Positions 43,851 through 54,534 of a stretch of DNA of 64,000 nt are shown one piece after another; within the stretch, counting starts at the first letter, position 1; the number at the start of each line of letters is the position of its first letter. Below the pieces are notes generated by a model, which was not told where the DNA came from, did not search any database, and saw nothing but the letters and a program-made list of their open reading frames with translations. Position numbers and translations under genes: made by a program. The DNA comes from Alphaproteobacteria bacterium (GTDB lineage Bacteria; Pseudomonadota; Alphaproteobacteria; JABAAW01; JAHZMA01), in assembly GCA_965206365.1 (NCBI GenBank), contig CBDBJL010000016.1, positions 130,283-194,282 on the forward strand. Direction: 5' to 3'.

Positions 43851-44822
43851 ATGAATGTTTCTGATTCGGATACAATTTTAAACATTGCTCGTAATGTTAT
43901 TCGCACTGAAGCCAAAGGGCTAGAAGCACTTGAAGATAGCCTTGATCATAATTTTTTTCAAGCGACAACCCAAATTCTTACAACCAAAAATCGCCTCATT
44001 ATCTCCGGCATGGGCAAAAGTGGGCATATTGCCCGTAAAATTGCCGCGACTTTAGCATCCGTTGGCACACCCGCCTTTTTTCTGCACCCTGGGGAAGCAT
44101 CCCATGGCGATTTAGGGATGATTTGTCAGGGAGATACGATGCTTACACTATCTAATTCCGGAGAAACTACCGAATTAGAAAATTTATTAGAATTTTGCAA
44201 ACGAAACCAAATTCCACTCATCAGCATTACAGCGCGCCGAAACAGCACTTTGGCAAAAATGTCTGATATCCCACTAATCGTACCCGAAGCCCCCGAAGCT
44301 TGCCCGCTAAACCTTGCACCAACAACTTCAACCACAATGATGCTAGCATTAGGCGATGCCTTAGCGGTAACTTTACTAGAAATGCGTAAATTCACGCCGG
44401 AAGATTTCGCCATGTTTCATCCAGGGGGCAAACTTGGGCAGCGGCTTTTAAAAGTAGAAGATTTAATGCATCAAGCTGAAAAAATGCCTTTGACTAACCA
44501 TAATTGCCCGATGGCAGAGGTTTTAATTGAAATTAGTGCAAAAAGTTTTGGTTGTAGTGGTATTATTGCAGATAATGGTGAGTTAATTGGCATTATTACC
44601 GATGGTGATTTGCGTCGGTGGCTCACAAATAATCGTTCTTTAGAAACAATTGCTAGCCAAGTGATGAGCCAGAATGTTCGTACAATTGCGCCCACTTTAT
44701 TGGCCGCTGAAGCGGTAAGTTTAATGAATCATCGTAAAATTACCAGCTTATTTGTGGTGATCGATAAATCTCCTCTTGGCATTGTCCATATCCATGATTG
44801 TTTGCGCATTGGGTTAGGCTAA
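43851..44822 (+). CDS. kdsD: Arabinose-5-phosphate isomerase (SIS + tandem CBS)
   Basis: SIS motif GMGKSGHIARKIAATLASVGTPAFFLHPGEASHGDLGM; C-terminal CBS pair. Confidence 0.85.
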   Translation: MNVSDSDTILNIARNVIRTEAKGLEALEDSLDHNFFQATTQILTTKNRLIISGMGKSGHIARKIAATLASVGTPAFFLHPGEASHGDLGMICQGDTMLTLSNSGETTELENLLEFCKRNQIPLISITARRNSTLAKMSDIPLIVPEAPEACPLNLAPTTSTTMMLALGDALAVTLLEMRKFTPEDFAMFHPGGKLGQRLLKVEDLMHQAEKMPLTNHNCPMAEVLIEISAKSFGCSGIIADNGELIGIITDGDLRRWLTNNRSLETIASQVMSQNVRTIAPTLLAAEAVSLMNHRKITSLFVVIDKSPLGIVHIHDCLRIGLG

Positions 44823-44903
44823 CAATCTTTGCTATCCGATAATTTTTCTTTGGCATTGCCCATATCCATGATTGCTTGCACAAACTCATAAATATATACT
44901 TAG

Positions 44904-46097
44904 TTGGTATCAATGATGATTACAATATGGGTTAGGAACGAAATGCAGGATTTAGTTGCGATGAATAGAAGAGTTTTTCATAATCCGTTACTCTCACATT
45001 TCCTAAAATGGCTAGGAATCTTCAGCCTATGGCGCGCTTTATCCTATTTTATTGCCTCAGAAATCGCCCTAACAAAAATTCGCTATCGTTATCGTCGTTA
45101 TTATGCGATCTCATGGCTATTATGCAATTTATTATTGCGGTTTTCATTATTAACTTTGCCAATCATCTTAATTTTATGGCCATTACTCTCACCTTCAAAA
45201 CACCCCAAAATTCCTTTTACAACCAACAGTAAGAATTTCATTATCGCACCAACCTTTTATCAGCAAGGACAAAATAATTTTATTCTTAATGCCAATTCTG
45301 CAGTTATTTTAGGAACCAACCATTACCAACTTACTCAAGGCAAACTTCACTTCCCCGTTACCCAAAAAACGATTTCGGCAAATCAAATGCTTTTCGATCA
45401 TGATAATATCGATATGTCTGAGAATGTTCATTATCAGCAATCTTCAAATAATTTGAATATTCACAGTGCCACCCTTAATTACAATCCGCTACGCAAAATT
45501 ACTTCTAGCTACTCTCCAATCACCGGAAATATCGGTGATTATCGCCTCAGCGCATCGGGATTTTCGCATAGTAATCTCAATAACCAGCTCTCCTTGGATT
45601 CTAACACCCATTTTGGCAATAAAATTTTAACATTAGATGCCGAAAATGGAATGAATATCGATATTAATCAAGGAATGATCCGTAGTGATGCAATCATCTA
45701 TCATCACGAAACTGGCGTTATCGCCTCGGCAAATCAACTGTTGGGAAATTTTATCCAAAGAAATAATCAAAATCAAATAAAACAGCTTCACTTCTTAAAA
45801 GTTTTCTCGTATCATGATCCCAACACTGATATTATAGCAGATGAATCCATTCTAAGTTTTGTCGATGGCAAAGCGCATCATATGATTATGAAGGATAACA
45901 TTCGCGTAATAGCATCGAAGCGAACCCTTACCGGGCAAAGTGCCTATCTAGATTATTTAGGAGGCAAACTGGAGATTTGTGGCGATGCTGAAATTATCTT
46001 GCAAGGCGGAGGACGGATTTATTCACCATGCGCAATTGTTTCTTTTGGCGATGATTCACAGCTAATATTGGGACAAAAAAAACGCTATCCACATTAG
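44904..46097 (+). CDS. LptC/LptA-like LPS-transport protein (single long ORF; true start probably internal)
   Basis: Position between kdsD and lptB; N-terminal TM anchor then beta-rich OstA-like sequence; weak sequence support. Confidence 0.4.
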   Translation: MVSMMITIWVRNEMQDLVAMNRRVFHNPLLSHFLKWLGIFSLWRALSYFIASEIALTKIRYRYRRYYAISWLLCNLLLRFSLLTLPIILILWPLLSPSKHPKIPFTTNSKNFIIAPTFYQQGQNNFILNANSAVILGTNHYQLTQGKLHFPVTQKTISANQMLFDHDNIDMSENVHYQQSSNNLNIHSATLNYNPLRKITSSYSPITGNIGDYRLSASGFSHSNLNNQLSLDSNTHFGNKILTLDAENGMNIDINQGMIRSDAIIYHHETGVIASANQLLGNFIQRNNQNQIKQLHFLKVFSYHDPNTDIIADESILSFVDGKAHHMIMKDNIRVIASKRTLTGQSAYLDYLGGKLEICGDAEIILQGGGRIYSPCAIVSFGDDSQLILGQKKRYPH

Positions 46098-46112
46098 GAA
46101 GTTCTCGCTTGT

Positions 46113-46913
46113 ATGACCATCAGTCTCAAACAAAGAAGTAAAAAGAACCTTGCCAAACAAACTTTGAAAAATAACTGGCTCGAAGATATTCCTTCAGGGC
46201 TTTATGCTTGTGGGCTTGTGAAAAAATACGACAGTAAAGTTGTTTTAAGAAACATTAGCTTCACTCTTAATCGTGGTGAGGCGGTTGCCTTATTAGGACC
46301 AAATGGTTCCGGAAAAACCACAAGTTTTTATATTTTAAGTGGCCTATTAATGCCCGATGCCGGGCATATTTTTTTAGATAAGCAAGAAATTACGGCTTTG
46401 CCAATTCATATTCGTGCTCGTTTTGGGCTTGGGTATCTGCCGCAAGAAGCATCCATTTTTCGGGGTTTAAATGTTTTGCAAAATATTTTAGCCATTTTAG
46501 AAATTAATCAACCCAATAAAAAACTCCATCAAAGCGAATTATCACAATTACTCGAAGATTTCTCGCTTACCCACTTAAAAGATAGCCCAGCAATTTCCCT
46601 TTCAGGTGGCGAGCGTCGTAGATTGGAAATTGCCCGCGCATTGGCAGCAAAGCCTTCTTATATTTTGTTAGATGAACCTTTGGCGGGCGTTGATCCCATT
46701 GCTGTAAAAGATATTCAAGCTTTAATTTTAGGCCTGAAAAAACGCAATATTGGTGTATTAATTACCGACCATAATGTTCGTGAAACATTACAATTGGTAG
46801 ACCGCGCTTATGTAATTTACGATGGACAAATGCTTGTAGAAGGCACAGCACAAGAAATTGTTGCCCACCCACAAGTGCGTGAACATTATCTTGGTGCAGA
46901 ATTTAGGATGTAA
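46113..46913 (+). CDS. lptB: LPS export ABC transporter ATP-binding protein
   Basis: Walker A GPNGSGKTT, signature LSGGERRR, Walker B ILLDEP; immediately upstream of rpoN. Confidence 0.9.
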   Translation: MTISLKQRSKKNLAKQTLKNNWLEDIPSGLYACGLVKKYDSKVVLRNISFTLNRGEAVALLGPNGSGKTTSFYILSGLLMPDAGHIFLDKQEITALPIHIRARFGLGYLPQEASIFRGLNVLQNILAILEINQPNKKLHQSELSQLLEDFSLTHLKDSPAISLSGGERRRLEIARALAAKPSYILLDEPLAGVDPIAVKDIQALILGLKKRNIGVLITDHNVRETLQLVDRAYVIYDGQMLVEGTAQEIVAHPQVREHYLGAEFRM

Positions 46914-48377
46914 TTGATGTCATCACCTCATCTGAAAATAGACGCCAGACAAAGCCAAAATCTGGTTTTAACACCACAAATGCAACAAGCGATTAAGCTT
47001 TTACAATTTAATGCCTTAGATCTAAACCAATATTTAACCGGAATGCTAGAGACTAACCCCTTTTTAGAACATGATCGGGGCCATGCTGGCGATACATTAG
47101 AAGAGCTTAATATTTCTGAATCCTCAGAACATGCCGGCGATTCTCTTGAAGCTATGCTTACCGATGGTTGCTGCAATGAAGCTTTAGATGTTTCTTATGA
47201 AAATCAATTTGATGAAGATTACCAGCCCCCCTCAACAGCTACCCATAGCGACAATTCTTATAATTATCTCGATGATTCCGCAACTCAATTGCCGTGCTTA
47301 CGCGATCATATCGATCAACAATTACGCATCGCCTTCACCGACAATAAATCATTATTAATTGGACAAATCCTATTAGATAACATCAATGAACGTGGCTGGT
47401 TACCACAAAGTGATGCGCAATTGATGAGCGAGCTTAAAATAGACTTAAAAGAATTACATTTTGTTTTAGGTAAAATGCGACAATTCGACCCCGTTGGCAT
47501 TTTCGCCCGTAATATTGCCGATTGTTTGGGGTTGCAATTGCTAGAAAAAAACCATTTAGACCCAGCAATCCAAATTTTATTAGATAATATCGAACTCATT
47601 GCGACACGCGAATATCATAAATTAATGCGCTTATGCCAAGTTGATGAAGAAGATTTGCGTGATATGCTTAGCGAAATTCGTACTTTAGAGCCAAATCCAA
47701 TTGCAAAATTCTCTCCCCTTACCGTTGATATGATTATCCCCGATATTTACACCCGCAAAGGTACACGAAATAATTGGATTGTAGAGCTAGGGGGGCATGC
47801 ACAATCTGCAATTCGAACCAATCATCATTATTACAATGCAGTAATGCAAGGAACCCAAGGACGTGATGACAAACAATATGTCCAGCATAATTGGCAAGAA
47901 GCAAAATGGATGGTACGTGCCCTTACGCAGCGCAACGCAACCATCATGCTTGTTGGGCAAGCCATTGTTCAACGCCAAATTGGTTTTTTTCGTGATGGCA
48001 TTAATGGGCTTAAACCCTTGGTTTTGAAAGATATTGCTCAAGATGTAACGATGCATGAAAGTACAATTAGCCGTACATGTTCTGGAAAATATATGGCAAC
48101 GCCACATGGTATTTTTGAAATGAAATATTTCTTTACCAACGCTTTGAAAGGCAATAGCAAAAATGACGATGGGCTTTCTGCTCAAGCCGTAAGGCAGCGA
48201 ATTAAAACCTTAATCGACAATGAAATCCACCATAAAATACTATCCGATGATGCCATTGTTGAAATTTTACGTGCCGAGCATATTGATATTGCCCGTCGCA
48301 CAGTTGCAAAATATCGAGATTTAATGAAAATTCCTTCATCTGCGCAACGCAAACGTAATAAATCTGCAATCTTCTAA
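46914..48377 (+). CDS. rpoN: RNA polymerase sigma-54 factor
   Basis: N-terminal Gln/Leu-rich region, C-terminal RpoN box ARRTVAKYRDLMKIPSS. Confidence 0.9.
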   Translation: MMSSPHLKIDARQSQNLVLTPQMQQAIKLLQFNALDLNQYLTGMLETNPFLEHDRGHAGDTLEELNISESSEHAGDSLEAMLTDGCCNEALDVSYENQFDEDYQPPSTATHSDNSYNYLDDSATQLPCLRDHIDQQLRIAFTDNKSLLIGQILLDNINERGWLPQSDAQLMSELKIDLKELHFVLGKMRQFDPVGIFARNIADCLGLQLLEKNHLDPAIQILLDNIELIATREYHKLMRLCQVDEEDLRDMLSEIRTLEPNPIAKFSPLTVDMIIPDIYTRKGTRNNWIVELGGHAQSAIRTNHHYYNAVMQGTQGRDDKQYVQHNWQEAKWMVRALTQRNATIMLVGQAIVQRQIGFFRDGINGLKPLVLKDIAQDVTMHESTISRTCSGKYMATPHGIFEMKYFFTNALKGNSKNDDGLSAQAVRQRIKTLIDNEIHHKILSDDAIVEILRAEHIDIARRTVAKYRDLMKIPSSAQRKRNKSAIF

Positions 48378-48399
48378 ACCTGAAAACGAAAAACCTCTC

Positions 48400-48549
48400 A
48401 TGAAACCCAAAAAAAACCTTCCCGCTTGGTTAAAAGCCATCTTTGCTTTAAGCCTAGTTACCATTTTCTATATGCTGGCACGGCATTACCCCCCGCATGT
48501 GCTCATAAACATGATCTCAAATATGACCCCCAATATTACCTTGGGGTGA
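48400..48549 (+). CDS. Small hypothetical membrane protein (49 aa)
   Basis: MKPKKNLPAWLKAIFALSLVTIFYMLA... with one TM; below ORF-track cutoff; occupies the slot where hpf/ptsN usually follow rpoN. Confidence 0.2.
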   Translation: MKPKKNLPAWLKAIFALSLVTIFYMLARHYPPHVLINMISNMTPNITLG

Positions 48550-48562
48550 TCATTTTCTTTTC

Positions 48563-49483
48563 ATGACCTATTTCTTACTTCTATTAGGGCTATTTTTGCT
48601 CTATCAAGGCGGTGAAATCACCGTAGAGAATGTGGTGAAAATTGGGCATAAATTCCAACTCTCCCCGGCTTTTATCGCCGCAATTATCATTGGTTTTGGC
48701 ACTTCTTTGCCTGAATTTATCACAAGTTTTCTGGCTGCCTATCATGGCAATAGTGGCATTGCTGTTGGCAATATTTTGGGCAGTAATATCGCCAATATTT
48801 TGTTAATTTATGCTTTGGCAATTATGTTTTTCCCCTTCTCGATGAAACAGAATTCCTATATTTGTACCAGCTTAATTTATATGCTGAGCAGCTTTGGATT
48901 ATTATGGCTAACTTCTTTTTTCGGCAATATCACCCTACCAATTGCCATTTTAATGCTGGTCGGCTTTGCCAGCTATCTTCATTACGCGCTGAAAAATACA
49001 CATGCCAGTTCACCCACCATCAGCACCGATCAGGGCTTCAGCTTGATCATCTTCCTGAAAACTATTTTGGGCATTATTTTCTTACTTGTCGGTGCTAATT
49101 TCACGATCGATAATGCCTCGCTAATTGCTTTGGCTTTTCATGTACCCCAAAGTTTAATTGCTGTATCTGTGATCGCCCTGGGCACCTCTTTGCCCGAAAT
49201 ATCAGCAACATTTGCCGCCATTCGACTAAAGAATGCCGAAATTATTGCTGGCAATGTTGTGGGAAGTTGCATTTTCAACTCGTTGTTGGTATTAGGAAGC
49301 TCAGCGCTGATCGCACCTCTACCTTTTGCTGAAAATCTTGCCCAAACCGATATTTGGATCATGCTAGGCTCAGCCATGGTCTGTAGCTTTTTTATCTTAG
49401 GCACGCCCAAGAAATTTTGGGGCTTGCTGGGAATGATCCTTTACCTAATTTATATTGGCACCACCTTGAAAAACTTCTTCTAA
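48563..49483 (+). CDS. Ca2+:cation antiporter (CaCA/YrbG family) membrane protein
   Basis: Two alpha-repeat motifs GTSLPEFITS and GTSLPEISAT in a 10-TM-like protein. Confidence 0.75.
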   Translation: MTYFLLLLGLFLLYQGGEITVENVVKIGHKFQLSPAFIAAIIIGFGTSLPEFITSFLAAYHGNSGIAVGNILGSNIANILLIYALAIMFFPFSMKQNSYICTSLIYMLSSFGLLWLTSFFGNITLPIAILMLVGFASYLHYALKNTHASSPTISTDQGFSLIIFLKTILGIIFLLVGANFTIDNASLIALAFHVPQSLIAVSVIALGTSLPEISATFAAIRLKNAEIIAGNVVGSCIFNSLLVLGSSALIAPLPFAENLAQTDIWIMLGSAMVCSFFILGTPKKFWGLLGMILYLIYIGTTLKNFF

Positions 49484-49550
49484 GCGGAAAAAATCAAACC
49501 ATCTTCAGATAAAATATTTGCAAATTTATACCCAAAATTATTGGAATTCT

Positions 49551-50306
49551 TTATTTCTTCTTGCTACCAACGCGCCAGTAAATACCGCCAAAAATTGTAC
49601 CATGACCCATATGAAAAGAAGACAAACCCTGATTTCCAGCTGCACCGGTTAAGCCATAATTTTGAAATTCCTTAATTTCAAAATCTCCAAATAAACCCAA
49701 GCCGGATTCGTCATTTAATGAAAGTTCAAATCCTACACCGGCACTTGTTACATATGCCAATCGTGCCCGTTCATCTGTTTTATCTTCCCGTATGCTCGCC
49801 TTGCCCCGGCCCATCATTAATTTCAGCCGTATTTTATCATTTCCAAACCGACCTACCAAATGCGCCGAACGTTCGGTAACGATATCCAAGGGCCCTTTTG
49901 TACCTTCATATTCTAACCCATAAACCAAACGTTTAAATTCCACTCCAACTCGGCCCGTACCAAACCCAATAACACCACCATAACCAGGGGTAACATTATA
50001 TTCATATTTTGGAGAAACCACTGCGGTGCTTGGCCCTATGGTGGCAGGAACAGCAGGGACGGCAGGAACAGCAGGGACGGCAGGAACATAACCAGGCTGA
50101 CCGGGCGTGCCCGTGGCGGGAACAGCAGGAACAGCAGGAACAGCAGGGGTGCCAGGAGTGACTATCCCCCCCGGGACCACATAGGCACCTTGCACTGCAC
50201 CGATTGTACCCGAAGTCGAACCCAAAGCCAGATACATATTGCCCGCCCGCGCTTGATGCGAAAAGGGCAATAACAACAACATCGCAACAATCAAAAACCG
50301 TTCCAT
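49551..50306 (-). CDS. Secreted protein with (PAVPAV)n Pro/Ala/Val-rich repeat and conserved C-terminal domain; putative outer-membrane/surface protein
   Basis: Signal peptide ...SHQARA|GNMY; repeat tract encoded by tandem 9-18-bp DNA units; paralogue of 50402-51265. Confidence 0.45.
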   Translation of the reverse strand: MERFLIVAMLLLLPFSHQARAGNMYLALGSTSGTIGAVQGAYVVPGGIVTPGTPAVPAVPAVPATGTPGQPGYVPAVPAVPAVPAVPATIGPSTAVVSPKYEYNVTPGYGGVIGFGTGRVGVEFKRLVYGLEYEGTKGPLDIVTERSAHLVGRFGNDKIRLKLMMGRGKASIREDKTDERARLAYVTSAGVGFELSLNDESGLGLFGDFEIKEFQNYGLTGAAGNQGLSSFHMGHGTIFGGIYWRVGSKKK

Positions 50307-50401
50307 TCAATTATCCTTCAAATAATACCTTCCATTCTCACTGTAACATAAAAAGTAACAATAGTCATGAATTTTAAATTTATTTTTACATCTTCTTAAA
50401 T

Positions 50402-51265
50402 TTAGAATACCATGTTTCTTGCCCTTTTGCCATCGTTATTTTTTGTACCAACGCGCCAATAAATACCACCAAAAACTGTATCATGCTTCATATGAAACGA
50501 AGATAAACCACGGGCATAGTCAGTATCACTGCCCCTAGTAGCATATTGTTGAAATTCCTTAATTTCATAATCAACAAATAATCCTAAACCGGATTCATCA
50601 TTTAATGAGAGTTCAAATCCTACACCAGCACTTGTTACATATGCCAATCGTGCCCGTTCATCGCTTCCATCTTTCAGCAAGCTTGCCCTGCCCCAACCCA
50701 TCATCAGTTTCAGACGAAGATTATCATTGCCTATGCGTCCCACCAAATGCCCTGAACGTTCAGCAACATTATCAATTGTTTTCTCTGAATCCTCATATTG
50801 CAAACCATATTCCAACCGCTTAAATTCCAGACCAACTCTACCAGTGCCAAAACCAAGAACAACCCCGATGCCAGGAAGAATTCTATAATCAGTTTCCGAA
50901 GAAACACTGCCAATACTAGACACTTCAGGCACCGCAAGCACAGCAGGAACCGCAGGCTGGGCAGGCACGGCAGGCTGGGCAGGGATGTAAGGCGTGCCAG
51001 GGAGGGGTGGCAGGGGAGGAAGACCTGGGATTGGAGGGAAAATGGTAGGAGGTACGGCAGGCACGGCAGGCACGAAAGGCTGGGCAGGCTGGGCAGGGAC
51101 GAAAGGGCTGCCAGGAATGCCAGGGGTGCCAGGGGTAATAAATGCAGCTTGGGCACTTCCCCTAGTGCCTGCAACCGAACCAAAAGCAACATACATATTA
51201 CCCGCCCATGCTTGATAAGAAAATGACGGTAACAAAATAATAACCAGAAACAAAAATCGTTTCAC
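50402..51265 (-). CDS. Paralogue of 49551-50306 with longer Pro-rich linker and C-terminal extension ...NNDGKRARNMVF
   Basis: Same signal peptide (..YQAWA|GNMY), same C-terminal domain (YVTSAGVGFELSLNDESGLGLF...FGGIYWRVG). Confidence 0.45.
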   Translation of the reverse strand: MKRFLFLVIILLPSFSYQAWAGNMYVAFGSVAGTRGSAQAAFITPGTPGIPGSPFVPAQPAQPFVPAVPAVPPTIFPPIPGLPPLPPLPGTPYIPAQPAVPAQPAVPAVLAVPEVSSIGSVSSETDYRILPGIGVVLGFGTGRVGLEFKRLEYGLQYEDSEKTIDNVAERSGHLVGRIGNDNLRLKLMMGWGRASLLKDGSDERARLAYVTSAGVGFELSLNDESGLGLFVDYEIKEFQQYATRGSDTDYARGLSSFHMKHDTVFGGIYWRVGTKNNDGKRARNMVF

Positions 51266-51346
51266 TTTAACTTAATCCTCCAATATTATTACCCCACCAT
51301 TAAGTATAGCAGAAAAAGTAATAATAATCACGAATTATGAATGTAG

Positions 51347-52057
51347 CTATCTTATTTTTGCATTCTTCTGAAAGTGAAAATACCATGTTTCTTGATCTTT
51401 TTCCATCGCTTTTTTTCCATAATATGTTATTTTTCGCGGTGGAGTTTGCCAATCCTTGGCACAATTTACCAACCAAATAAAATCCCGGCGCTGTAGCATC
51501 ACCGCTAAGATCCAGCACATATAATCGGGTGAATCTGTTCCTAAAATGATCCGTCCTTTATCGACAAGCCGATCATGCAAAATATCGATGAAATTATTTT
51601 GTAATAATCGCCTTTTATGATGCTTTTTCTTCGGCCATGGATCTGGATGCAAAATAAATATCTTCGCAAATTGTCGACTGTGCAGATAAGGCAATAATAA
51701 CCGCACATCATCGGAAAAAATACGAATATTCGTAATATTTTCTGCTTGCATGATTTGTAGCAATTTTGCCACCCCATGCATATAGGGTTCAGCACCAATA
51801 AAACCAACATTAGGATTATTTTTGGCTTGAAGTGCGAGATGCTCTCCATCACCAAAACCAACTTCTAAAGCGTAGGAATCATAATTTTGCGTGAAAAAAT
51901 ATCGGGCAGAAAATAAATATCCTGGCAAAGATTTTGGCAAATGAATCGCATAATCAGGCAAAATATCGGTTAAAATTTTCCGTTGCGTTGCCGTAATATG
52001 TTTTGAAAATCGTCTGCCAGAAAAGCGCAATAAAGGATAGATTTTCATATCCAACAC
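51347..52057 (-). CDS. trmB: tRNA (guanine46-N7)-methyltransferase
   Basis: LEVGFGDGEHL and FIGAEPY motifs; 236 aa. Confidence 0.85.
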   Translation of the reverse strand: MLDMKIYPLLRFSGRRFSKHITATQRKILTDILPDYAIHLPKSLPGYLFSARYFFTQNYDSYALEVGFGDGEHLALQAKNNPNVGFIGAEPYMHGVAKLLQIMQAENITNIRIFSDDVRLLLPYLHSRQFAKIFILHPDPWPKKKHHKRRLLQNNFIDILHDRLVDKGRIILGTDSPDYMCWILAVMLQRRDFIWLVNCAKDWQTPPRKITYYGKKAMEKDQETWYFHFQKNAKIR

Positions 52058-52111
52058 CCTATGAAAGCTCTAACAATCTCAAGGAACAATTTTAACCAAC
52101 GATATTATTAA

Positions 52112-53272
52112 TCATCCAAGTGTTTTTAATTGTTCTGCAAGATCACATTTTTCCCATGAAAACGCACCATCAGCCTCAGATTCACGCCCAAAATGCCCAT
52201 AGGCTGCAGTTTTTTGATAGATTGGGCGATTTAGTTGCAAATGTGTGCGAATTCCTCGCGGAGTTAAATCTACCAACTCTTGCAATGCCTTGCTAATTTT
52301 CATTTCATCAACCTTACCCGTTCCCTGACAATCAACATAAACAGAGATCGGTTGGCTAACTCCGATTGCATAAGCCAATTGAATCAAACAACGCTCGGCT
52401 AATTTTGCCGCCACAACATTTTTGGCAAGATACCGCGCTGCATAAGCAGCTGAACGATCCACTTTTGTTGGATCTTTTCCCGAAAATGCCCCGCCACCAT
52501 GCGGGGATGCGCCACCATAAGTATCCACAATAATTTTACGCCCCGTTAGCCCAGCATCACCATCAGGGCCCCCAATCACAAATCTCCCCGTGGGGTTAAT
52601 ATATAATTCATCATCTGTGCACATCCAACCTTCAGGCAAAATGCGCATCGCATGTTCTTTCACAAGCCCGCGAATATCCACTTGCTTCATATCTTCCTGA
52701 TGTTGCGTTGATACCAAAACAGATTGCGCCTTAACCGGAATGCCTTTTTTATACTGCAATGTTATCTGAGATTTGGCATCGGGCAACAAACCAGAATCCG
52801 GATTAGATTTACGGGTTTTTGCCAAAGCCCGTAAAATTTCATGGCTATAATAAATTGCCGCGGGCATAAAAATATCGGTTTCTGTACAAGCATAACCAAA
52901 CATAATGCCTTGATCCCCGGCGCCCTCCTCTTTTTCTACGCCGGCATCAACCCCTTGAGCAATATCGGCAGATTGCTGATGCACGTAGGAAGCAAATTCA
53001 AAAGTTTCATGATGAAACCCTTCTTGCTCATAACCAATATCACGAACAACTTCACGCGCCAATTCTTCCATGCGCGCAACCGACACATTGCCACGAACTT
53101 CACCGGCTAAAATCACACGATTTGTTGTCGTCATTGTTTCCACCGCAACTCTGGCTTCGGGTTCGTAGGTCAAAAATTCATCCACAATTGCATCTGAAAT
53201 TTGATCGGCAATTTTATCAGGGTGCCCCTCGCTCACAGATTCGCTCGTAAATAAATAATCTTGCATCATCAT
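52112..53272 (-). CDS. metK: S-adenosylmethionine synthase
   Basis: SEGHPDK, GAGDQG and [18 protein letters not shown] signature motifs. Confidence 0.95.
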   Translation of the reverse strand: MMMQDYLFTSESVSEGHPDKIADQISDAIVDEFLTYEPEARVAVETMTTTNRVILAGEVRGNVSVARMEELAREVVRDIGYEQEGFHHETFEFASYVHQQSADIAQGVDAGVEKEEGAGDQGIMFGYACTETDIFMPAAIYYSHEILRALAKTRKSNPDSGLLPDAKSQITLQYKKGIPVKAQSVLVSTQHQEDMKQVDIRGLVKEHAMRILPEGWMCTDDELYINPTGRFVIGGPDGDAGLTGRKIIVDTYGGASPHGGGAFSGKDPTKVDRSAAYAARYLAKNVVAAKLAERCLIQLAYAIGVSQPISVYVDCQGTGKVDEMKISKALQELVDLTPRGIRTHLQLNRPIYQKTAAYGHFGRESEADGAFSWEKCDLAEQLKTLG

Positions 53273-53329
53273 AATTAACTTTCTAGAATTTGATTAGATT
53301 GAAACAGCAAAAACCACTTTCAGTAATTT

Positions 53330-53590
53330 TTATTTTTTAATTTTATTTTCAGATTTTTGCAGTGCATCTTCCAGAAGCTCGATCCGTTTTTGCAATTTTA
53401 CATTTTCCAAAAGAGCATTTTCTGCCATCATTTTCACCATCTGAAACTCATCACGACTTACCATATGCTCTTGGGTTGCCATAAATTGCACCATTCGATC
53501 ACGAACCAAATTTTCAACTTCGCGTTTTATTAAAAAAAGCATAGAAGCACCGCCACTGATCACGCGCATATTGTCAAAAAACCTAAACAT
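53330..53590 (-). CDS. UbiK/YqiC-family coiled-coil accessory protein
   Basis: 86 aa; VSRDEFQMV...LLENVKLQKRIELLEDAL parallels the YqiC/BMFP C-terminal coiled coil. Confidence 0.5.
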   Translation of the reverse strand: MFRFFDNMRVISGGASMLFLIKREVENLVRDRMVQFMATQEHMVSRDEFQMVKMMAENALLENVKLQKRIELLEDALQKSENKIKK

Positions 53591-53677
53591 GTTTTTTCTT
53601 ACCCTTTTTGTCTAGCAATTACAAGGAAAACCATTACCGTCTTTCTTATTTTTATGATCTATGATCAGCACAATTCC

Positions 53678-54187
53678 CTACTGAATTTCTTGTGAATTGG
53701 GTTGAGCGACCCCGCTTCGCTGCGCAACAAGTAAATATAAGCATTGTCGTAAAATGGTCGGAACCACTCTATTTTCCAAGCCCCCACTTCGCAAGTTTGC
53801 ATAAGAGACAATCGCATCTTGCCCAACAAACAGGTCTATAATACAATCTTTGCTACGATATTGCAAAAACTCTTTGCCCAAATCACGACGCAAAAAATCA
53901 GGTTTCCCCAGATGCGTAATAATCTCATTTTTCTTTTTGCCAACAAATTCAGCCGGGTCATATTCAGGCAATTCTTGTAAACGAACAACAATAGAACTTT
54001 CTTTTTTTTGTTCGATCAGCAAATCATCATACACAGGTTTATCGTGATAGGAAGAAATACAACCAGATAGCCAAGTTGATAGGAATAATAGCGATAACCA
54101 ACCCCGTAAATGCAAAATAAATTTTGCGACAAAAGAAAATAATTGCAAAAGAAAAATTCCTTTTTTTCTAAATATGATAATTGACAA
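53678..54187 (-). CDS. Hypothetical lipoprotein (lipobox LSGC)
   Basis: Hydrophobic leader ending [10 protein letters not shown]; true start probably downstream of the annotated one. Confidence 0.4.
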   Translation of the reverse strand: MSIIIFRKKGIFLLQLFSFVAKFILHLRGWLSLLFLSTWLSGCISSYHDKPVYDDLLIEQKKESSIVVRLQELPEYDPAEFVGKKKNEIITHLGKPDFLRRDLGKEFLQYRSKDCIIDLFVGQDAIVSYANLRSGGLENRVVPTILRQCLYLLVAQRSGVAQPNSQEIQ

Positions 54188-54283
54188 TCACTTATATACT
54201 GTTATACTCGCCTTGATGTAAAGCTAAAGATTTGCTTTAGCCTGCCTTATATCACTATTAATTGTTGCATCTGGAATTTAACT

Positions 54284-54418
54284 ATGAAGAGAACCTTTCA
54301 ACCCAGCGTCTTAATTCGTAAACGTCGTCACGGCTTTAGAAGCCGAATGGCAACCAAGGCGGGGCAACGTATTATCAATTCGCGTCGTCAAAAAGGGCGC
54401 AAAAAATTATCTGCTTAA
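54284..54418 (+). CDS. rpmH: 50S ribosomal protein L34
   Basis: [44 protein letters not shown] (44 aa), not in the ORF track because <60 aa. Confidence 0.9.
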   Translation: MKRTFQPSVLIRKRRHGFRSRMATKAGQRIINSRRQKGRKKLSA

Positions 54419-54534
54419 TGGCTTGTATCATAGATATAAATTTCAAGCTTAGCGAAACCTTAGATAATCTAAAATAATATTTTCTCAGTTTTGATTTTCC
54501 AATTTAAATTTTACTCTTTGGTGGAGATAGGCTC

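Noticed and set aside
50731-51226. Overlapping ORFs 50731-51192(-), 50798-51226(+) and 50994-51215(+) with Arg/Gly/Leu/Pro-rich low-complexity translations
   Set aside because: They are alternate-frame readings of the tandem repeat tract inside the 50402-51265 gene.
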